64,000 nt of DNA from Eledone cirrhosa (Eukaryota), in NCBI GenBank assembly GCA_964016885.1, contig OZ024742.1:197036001-197100000 (forward strand). Reading direction: 5' to 3'. The position numbers were made by a program, and so were the translations under genes. Of this stretch, positions 56,107 through 64,000 are shown one piece after another. Numbering within the stretch: the first letter of the stretch is position 1; each line of letters opens with the position of its first letter. The notes beneath the pieces were generated by a model, which was given only the letters and a program-made list of their open reading frames with translations, was not told where the DNA came from and did not search any database.

Positions 56107-59100
56107 TCCTCACTTTGAAATAATAACATTGAAATAATAGTCTTACGCAGGCGCAAAGCTTTACAGGGACACAAAGCCTTACATGGGCACAAGGTACAAT
56201 TTGTTGGAAGAGGTAATCGATTACACGAACCACATTACTTGGCTGATACTTTACTTTATCGATTCCAGAAGGATAACAGGTAAAGTTAGTCTTGAATAAC
56301 TGAATTGTATCTTTAACGTATGTTAAAATGAGAACAATTTTCTAAGGTCATTTAATTAAATTATTTTAGAATCTTGAATGGTATATCTTGAAAAGTATAT
56401 CGTTGTCCCGTGAAAAACGATCATTAAAATTATCTCAGTGGGTTATCGCCTTGAAAAAATGTGAAAATTAAATAAAACCTAATGTAATGTTACTCCGTAC
56501 TACGCCTCCTATTGAAATATATGTCGGATGCAATGAAAAAATATATAAATAAATTATGATATTAAAAAAAAATAAGCAGATGGAAAATAGCAATAAGATG
56601 TAATATAATATGTAAATATACTATTTCCTCTCTCTTTTGTCGAACTCATTGAACAAAAAAATATATGTATAGTGAGAGCTGCACCCAGTATAACACATAC
56701 GGTGACAACGACAAACTTAAAATCATTACACCCACATTGCCTTTCATTTTGACGATAATCTGTAGTCACACCGATTTCAATTATAGATTACTTGTGAGGC
56801 AACTGCTATTAATTGAAGGAAGAAATAACACCCAGGAAATAAAATATAAACTTCGACAAAATGAAACTTAACAAGCAATACCGATAAATACTGAAATTAT
56901 TTACATTTTCATGGTTTTGTTAAAAGGTAAATTTGGTGCTTTCTTGAAAGTAAGAATCAGTTATCAGTTGTTAATTGCATGTGATATGTAATGGGTGTTT
57001 GTTAGATTCTGTTTGATGCCTATGTTATGTTTTACAATATTGATAGTTATAAAGACTTTGTCAAGTGTGGTTTGTTAGAAACTATAGAGATTTACATAAA
57101 ATTATTTAGAATATTTAGTATCTTTTGATCATGTTTTAGGTTAACATTTATCGCTAGTTCACAATAACCAACAGACACTACTCCGTGAAGGAAAGAAGTA
57201 AATACAATATTGACAATTAATATAGAATTGGAAATCAAATATCAAATAGACAGACTGTCTATTTGGTAAGGTTATAAACCTGTGTTAGATTTGTGGGATT
57301 GGCTAGTCACAATTAAACGAAATTAACTTTGATGAGTTGAGTAAAATGCTTGGCAACAACAATCGCCACCAGGGTTTATGTAAAGCTAGATCTATTAGAG
57401 ACCACAATGGAAGCTCATTTCGGGCGGTGCAGTTACTTCGCGAATTTCTGCCATATCTAGAGCTTTGCTGTTACTACTCATACAGAAACCCAAGACCGTG
57501 ACACTGAAAGTTCACCGAGTGACTGGAAGGAAGTCACTTATAAAAAATAACTCGTCTCTAGCCCACAGGCATGCTGCCTTTTCATTTTTTATTGCTACTA
57601 CAGTGGCCTTTGTTCTCCAGAACTGGTTGATCTCATGCCAACCCGTATCACTCATTGCCCCTCTTATCATGCACATTGTGTCCAATCCCAGTGTACTAAT
57701 AACTACACTCAATCCTTCCTTAGTAGAACATCAAACTTACAGAATTCTCTCACTAATACACATTCTCCGTAGTCGTTTAATTTATTTTGCTGGTTCCTTA
57801 GACCTACAAAATTATTGTTGTTGTTTCCATAACAATTATATACAAATGAGATATCACGTTGACTATTTTGATACCAACCCCACGAAAACCAAGCCTGGCT
57901 CTATGAAACAAAACCATTCATTTTAAAGAGTTTCTATTCAAATTCAAATTTTTCAACTCAGATTTATATAAGAACATTATACTGAGTAATAAAATATATA
58001 TGTTTAACCATTTCGATACTAATCTGGCCAAATCTAGTTCTGGTTCTATGAAAAAACAAAATCTATATTTAAGGGTTCCTATTTAAATTAAAATCTACCA
58101 ATATAATTTCATAAAAGAAGCAGTTAAGTTAATCTCTTAGTAATGAAATAATGAGCATTTTTAGTAAATCCCTCAAGATCCTTCACGAATTCAATAAAAT
58201 AGTGTATTTCATAAGAAATACGGTCACGAATGAGTTAAATTATGTCTGTGTATCAGGAATATTGATTTTGATATGAGAACAAGACCAACACCTAGACTAC
58301 ATTACTTCATTTTATCGACTCGAAAAGGACGAAAAAACATTGACTCTGATCTGTTAGACGAGGAAGTGAAGAATGATTTCTTTGACTGGTTGTTTTATGC
58401 CGAGTAAATGAAGTGTAATGGCATCAACCGAGAGACAAATTCGGTCAGGAGATTCGGTTCATTGAAATGTTTGTATGGACTAACATTTACATGTGTTAAG
58501 CTATTCAGGTCAACCTATGTAAATCTAAGGGACATAGTTGACACGTGTATACTTTAAGATATCTATCTATAAGGTTGAGTAGGTTGAAGCTTAGGAGCCA
58601 CGTCACTTTTATCTTTTCTTTTTTTGCTGCAGATGCTCGAAAGATTGAATTGACAGGCGAGCCCTGAAATAACTGAAAGGTTAGGGACCCGGACATAGGC
58701 TCATACAACCCAGTATTTATCATAATGCATCGGATAGAATGCTTTGCGGTATTCATTCCAGCTATTTGCCTTTTGAATTCAAAACTCACCGAGGTCAACT
58801 TTGCCTTTCATCCTTTCGAGTTTGATTTCGATAACATAGTACGTTCAATACTGGAGTCAATTCTCCTCTACATCTCTTTTTTACTGCCCCCCCCCCCCAC
58901 TATCTCTTCGTCTATTTTTCTGTGGGGGAAATTAGCTATTTTCAGTCATGGGAGGGGATGGGCTTCGCCAGCTTTTAAAAGTGCCGAAGACAGGTCGTAT
59001 ATCACGGAGGTGCCCCTATGACTCCATCAGGAGTTACGAGTCCATACATACCTATAATAATAATAATTGTTTTTGATTTAGGGACAAGGCCAGAAATTTT

Positions 59101-60523
59101 AGGGAGAGGGGAAATTCAATTAAATCGAACCCAGTGCTGGTGCTTTATTTTATCGACCCCCATAAAAATGAAAGTCAAAGCTAACCTTGGTGGGATTTGA
59201 ACACAGTACGTAAAAGGACCTAACTCTATGCTGCAAAGTTTGGTGTCCGATGCTCTACCGACACTGCGATCATAACACATATATCAGAAATACCACTGTC
59301 ATTAAAAAGTACAATTACTGGGTGGGTGCACTAAACAAACTCAGCAAAACGAAATCGTGACAGCCTAACACATTTTAGTATGTGACTAAATATATGTGTG
59401 TATGTAAGGTTGTGGCTATTTAACACATGGGGTGACGTTTGTGGTTTAGTGGTTAGGTTTTCGGTTTACGATCGTAAGGTCGTGAATTCGATTCCTGCCC
59501 ACACTAGGCGGAGCATATGTCCTTGAGCATGGCGCTTTATTTCACGTTGATCCAATGGTCTGAGAACTTATCATACTTTTGTACTGTATTAACAATATCG
59601 ACAGCTATAGTAACAGAACACAATGGCCTATTGGTGAGCCCACCTTTCTCCACATCAGGCGAGACTGAGCCGTCCTCTTGTTTTAGGGGGGTACGTAAAG
59701 CTATAAATAAAAAAAGAAGTCTTTTGAATGTATGTTAGCTTTCAGTTAACTATTTCAACGCAGGTTTTTGACTATGAAAAAAACCCCAAAACAAAACCGA
59801 GTGTATAAAACTCCCAAAACAGAAAAAAGTGGGCCGCATCATGTCCAATTTTTCCTAAATCTAAGGGCTTATACGCCAGGCTTGTAAAAAAATCCTGTAT
59901 TGAAGCAGTTAACTTTGAGCTAACATACATTCAAAATTCATAATTCGCTCAACACTTCTTCAAATTACGATTGTATATTTGCATCCACTGGCTTTAAATG
60001 ATGGGAAAATTTGCTTGTCTCCCTTTGGTAGCGCAGCTGTCCGGCATACGGCAGGTGTGGCTCACGTCCCACAGGCAATGTTGTCCACCTTTTCCATCTC
60101 TAGTGGTTTATACGTCCTGCTTGTTCGAATTATTTTATGGTCAAAAGCCTACTTTGAAACTGTTGACTTCAAACTAACATAAATTCATAATTTAATCAAC
60201 GCATCTTAAAATACCATTGTTTGTTTAAAATGAGAGGACTTTTTCTCATGATTTAAATACGGATCGAAAGTTTAAAATAAAGGTTGAAAAGGGTTTTAGA
60301 TTAAAACATCGACAGCCGAAAGATATTGTGTATATATATATATATATATATATATGTACAATATATATTCACATTTAACATTGAGATTATCTCGGTGGGT
60401 TATTCCTGCTCAAAATAACACGGAGCTAGTTTTGAAGTAATTTGACGACAGCTGGAAATAGATTCATGGGTGTGGTAAGGTCAAATAAGAACAAATATAA
60501 TAGATAAGTTAAATGTTACTCAC

Positions 60524-60577
60524 GACTTTGTACAAAATTAATTATGAATAAGACTGGTATACCAGTTATCACCATTC
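60524..60577 (-). CDS. Collagen IX/FACIT-like gene, signal-peptide exon (MVITGIPVLFIINFVQS-Q)
   Basis: Minus strand reads tttttttctcactcag|GA ATG GTG ATA ... CAA AGT C|gtgagt. The 54-nt exon encodes a hydrophobic 17-aa peptide and ends in phase 1; C+AG joins exon 25867-25920 in frame. The ATG at 60575 may not be the first codon if a coding exon lies upstream. Confidence 0.7.
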
Positions 60578-60684
60578 CTGAGTGAGAAAAAAAATAAACA
60601 AAACTTTTAGACACAGCTTACATAATTGAGAAAAATACAAAAAATAAGATAAAATGAAGGAATTAGTGAAAACTAAACGTATGT

Positions 60685-61880
60685 ATGTATATATGTTTAT
60701 ATGTATATGTTTATACCTATATATATATACATATATATAGATATATGTGTGTGTGTATATATGTATGTGTATATATGTTTATATGTATATGTTTATACGT
60801 ATATATATATATACATATATATAGATATATGTGTGTGTGTATATATGTATGTGTATATATGTTTATATGTATATGTTTATACGTATATATATATATACAT
60901 ATATATAGATATATGTGTGTGTGTATATATGTATGTGTATATATGTTTATATGTATATGTTTATACGTATATATATATATATACATATATATAGATATAT
61001 GTGTGTGTGTATATATGTATGTGTATATATGTTTATATGTATATGTTTATACGTATATATATATACATATATATATAGATATATGTGTGTGTGTGTGTAT
61101 ATATGTATGTGTATATATTTTTATATGTATATGTTTATACGTATATATATATACATATATATAGATATATATGTGTGTGTATATATGTATGTGTATATAT
61201 GTTTATATGTATATGTTTATACGTGTATATATATATATAGATATATGTGTGTGTGTGTATATACGTATGTGTATATATGTTTATATGTATATGTTTATAC
61301 GTATATATATATATACATATATATAGATATATGTGTGTGTATATATATGTATGTGTATATATGTTTATATGTATATGTTTATACGTATATATATATACAT
61401 ATATATATAGATATATGTGTGTATGTGTGTATATATGTATGTGTATATATGTTTATATGTATATGTTTATACGTATATATATATATATATATACATATAT
61501 ATAGATATATGTGTGTGTGTAAATATGTATGTGTTTATATGTTTATATGTATATGTTTATACGTGTATATATATATATATATAGATATATGTGTGTGTGT
61601 GTATATATGTATGTGTATATATGTTTATATGTATATGTTTATACGTATATATATATACATATATATAAATATATGTGTGTGTGTATATATGTATGTGTAT
61701 ATATGTTTATATGTATATGTTTATACGTATGTATATATACATATATATATAGATATATGTGTGTGTGTGTGTATATATGTATGTGTATATATGCTTATAT
61801 GTATATGTTTATACGTATATATATATATATACATATATATAGATATATGTGTGTGTGTGTATATATGTATGCGTATAATT
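60685..61880. repeat. About 84-bp higher-order minisatellite built from TA/TG microsatellite, about 14 units
   Basis: The CG of the marker ttatacgt recurs at 60798, 60882, 60966, 61052 and onward. Confidence 0.9.
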
Positions 61881-62029
61881 ATGTACTTGTATATATATAT
61901 ATGTGTATGCGTATATATGTGTATGCGTATGTATATGTGTACATATTTGTGTATGTGAACATACATACACACAAGCATGCACTTACCCATACATATATAC
62001 ATACAAATCCATACATCCATACATACATA

Positions 62030-62322
62030 CATACATGGTGGCTGCCAACTCGTTTTCGAGTACGGCCACTACTTTATATCCATGTAGGAGAACCCCTACC
62101 GATGCGCTGAACGAGTGTGACTTTTTAGTCCAGCCAGCGACTTGAAAACTCTGGTACAAACACTACACTTGTGACAATTATTGACACATAGTGCTGGGCC
62201 CATGGTACCATGTGACGACAAGTGCAGAGAGATCTCCAGATATAAAGCAATGCCTGTGCCGTGAAGCTTTTATAGTGAGCAAAGGCACTGCACAAAGCCA
62301 GTCCCACTCTTAACGAAGATGA
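62030..62322 (-). mobile_element. RTE-derived short element 3' part (near-identical copy at 63486-63873)
   Basis: The atggtggctgccaactcgttttcgagta...gtcccactct block occurs twice. Its end is related to about 1497-1522. Confidence 0.75.
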
Positions 62323-62374
62323 TACATACATACATACATACATACATACATACATACATACATACATACATACA

Positions 62375-62405
<31 letters not shown>

Positions 62406-64000
62406 GTACATATATATGTATCAGACATAGAACATATCCCAAACGTGCATGTTTGCAAAGCAATATAACATTACACTGGCCACCAGGAAGCCTCTCTCAT
62501 AATTATGAAGGAATGAAAACTGAGATGGTAAGACTATGTAACATGATGCAGTGGCCTTGCAAAGACCAAACCACAAGGAATTCTGAAACAGGATAGACAG
62601 AGCAGTGAAGAATGAAAATATTGGACAGAGAACATTAAAGTGTGAACAGGAGAGTCATTAGTGGAGACACGAAATCCGGTACACAGCCGCGATAAATACA
62701 TGCCTCTCTTTCAATCTACTCTCTCACAACCACCATCTCTCTCTATTTATGAAGGTACCTACCCGGAAAAACCCGTATCTCGGGAACCTGTACTCCGATT
62801 TACACGAAACTTGTTTATTCCTTTCAAAGCATTTTCCCATTATGCGCCATTTTGGCTGTATTACATTACAGACAAGACACAATCACAGAGTTTTTTTTAG
62901 TAGTATATAGATTTGCTCACGAGAATTTTCGAGACGGAACATCATGTATAACTAGAGGCGGGGTGAATGGATGTAGCAGGTAGTCGGAGCTGTAAGGTAT
63001 CCAGATCAAATCCAGGGAGTGGCTTCTGAACCATGTGTTTGTAGGGGTGGGGTTGTTCATATTTATTTTCTGTTTTATTTGTTTCTTTTATATATACACA
63101 CATACACCTCAACACGTATATATGTATATGTATATATATTTGTTGGGCCTCCGTCGATTCCAACAATGAGGGCTCCAGTCGATTTAATGAACGGAATAGC
63201 TTGCTGTTGAAATCATAGTGTAAGTGGCTGAGTATTCCACAGATTCGTGCACCCTGAACGCATTTCTCAGGAAGACTCAGTGCGACACAATGTGTGATAA
63301 AGCTGGCTTCTTTAATTACAGGTACAACTCATTTTTGTCAGCTGAATAGATTGGAGCAACATGAAATAAAGTGTCTTGCTCAAGGAAACAACATTCGACC
63401 CTGTCCAAGAATTGTTCTCACGATCTTATGGTGATGAACTGAATATATTCCCCCCCCCCCCCACATATATATATATACACACATATATGGTGGCTGCCAA
63501 CTCGTTTTCGAGTATGGCCACTACTTTATATCCATGTAGGAGAACCCCTACCGATGCGCTGAACAAGTGTGACTTTTTAGTCCAGCCAGCGACTTGTAAA
63601 CTCTGGTACAAACACTACACCTGTGACAATTATTGACACATAGTGCTGGGCCCATGGTACCATATGACGACAAGTGCAGAGAGATCTCCAGATATAAAGC
63701 AATGCCTGTGCCGTGAAGCTTTTATAGCGAGCAAAGGCACTGCACTAAGACAGTCCCACTCTCTTAACCAAGATGATATTTACCAAAAAGAAGAACAAGT
63801 CAACATCATTGGATACCATCAGGGTTGCAGGTGTTATATCAGAGTTTTCCTTCTCGTAGAATTCTGCCTTGACATATATACACATATATACACACATATA
63901 TACATATATACACACATATATGCATACATAAACACATATGTGGTTAAAAAAAGGGGTAAAGTTCCATACAAATTGAAGATTATAGGTAAAAACTAAGAGT

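Overview
AT-rich, repeat-saturated animal genomic DNA. The SINE families and (TA)n load point to an octopus or other coleoid cephalopod; this is inferred, not proven. The whole window lies inside the 5' part of one minus-strand host gene. Five small exons (60524-60577, 25867-25920, 24116-24248, 21847-22069, 1839-2012) splice in frame into a signal peptide plus a thrombospondin-N/laminin-G (TSPN) domain that resembles the NC4 domain of collagen alpha-1(IX)/FACIT collagens. No Gly-X-Y exons fall in the window. The introns hold: an intact APE-RT ORF2 of a CR1-group LINE, preceded by a candidate -1 frameshift site; a decayed CR1; two Penelope-like GIY-YIG remnants; a CRE-type 3' end; many tRNA-SINEs and RTE-derived short elements; a 7.3-kb GGT/GAT minisatellite; and kilobases of (TA)n. 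The most striking unannotated layer is a set of about ten distinct short non-coding element families sitting in (TA)n tracts. Most carry a minimal type I hammerhead ribozyme and fold-back inverted ends, in the style of Penelope pseudo-LTRs or retrozymes. Almost all long ORFs in the supplied track ([20 protein letters not shown]) are repeat artefacts.
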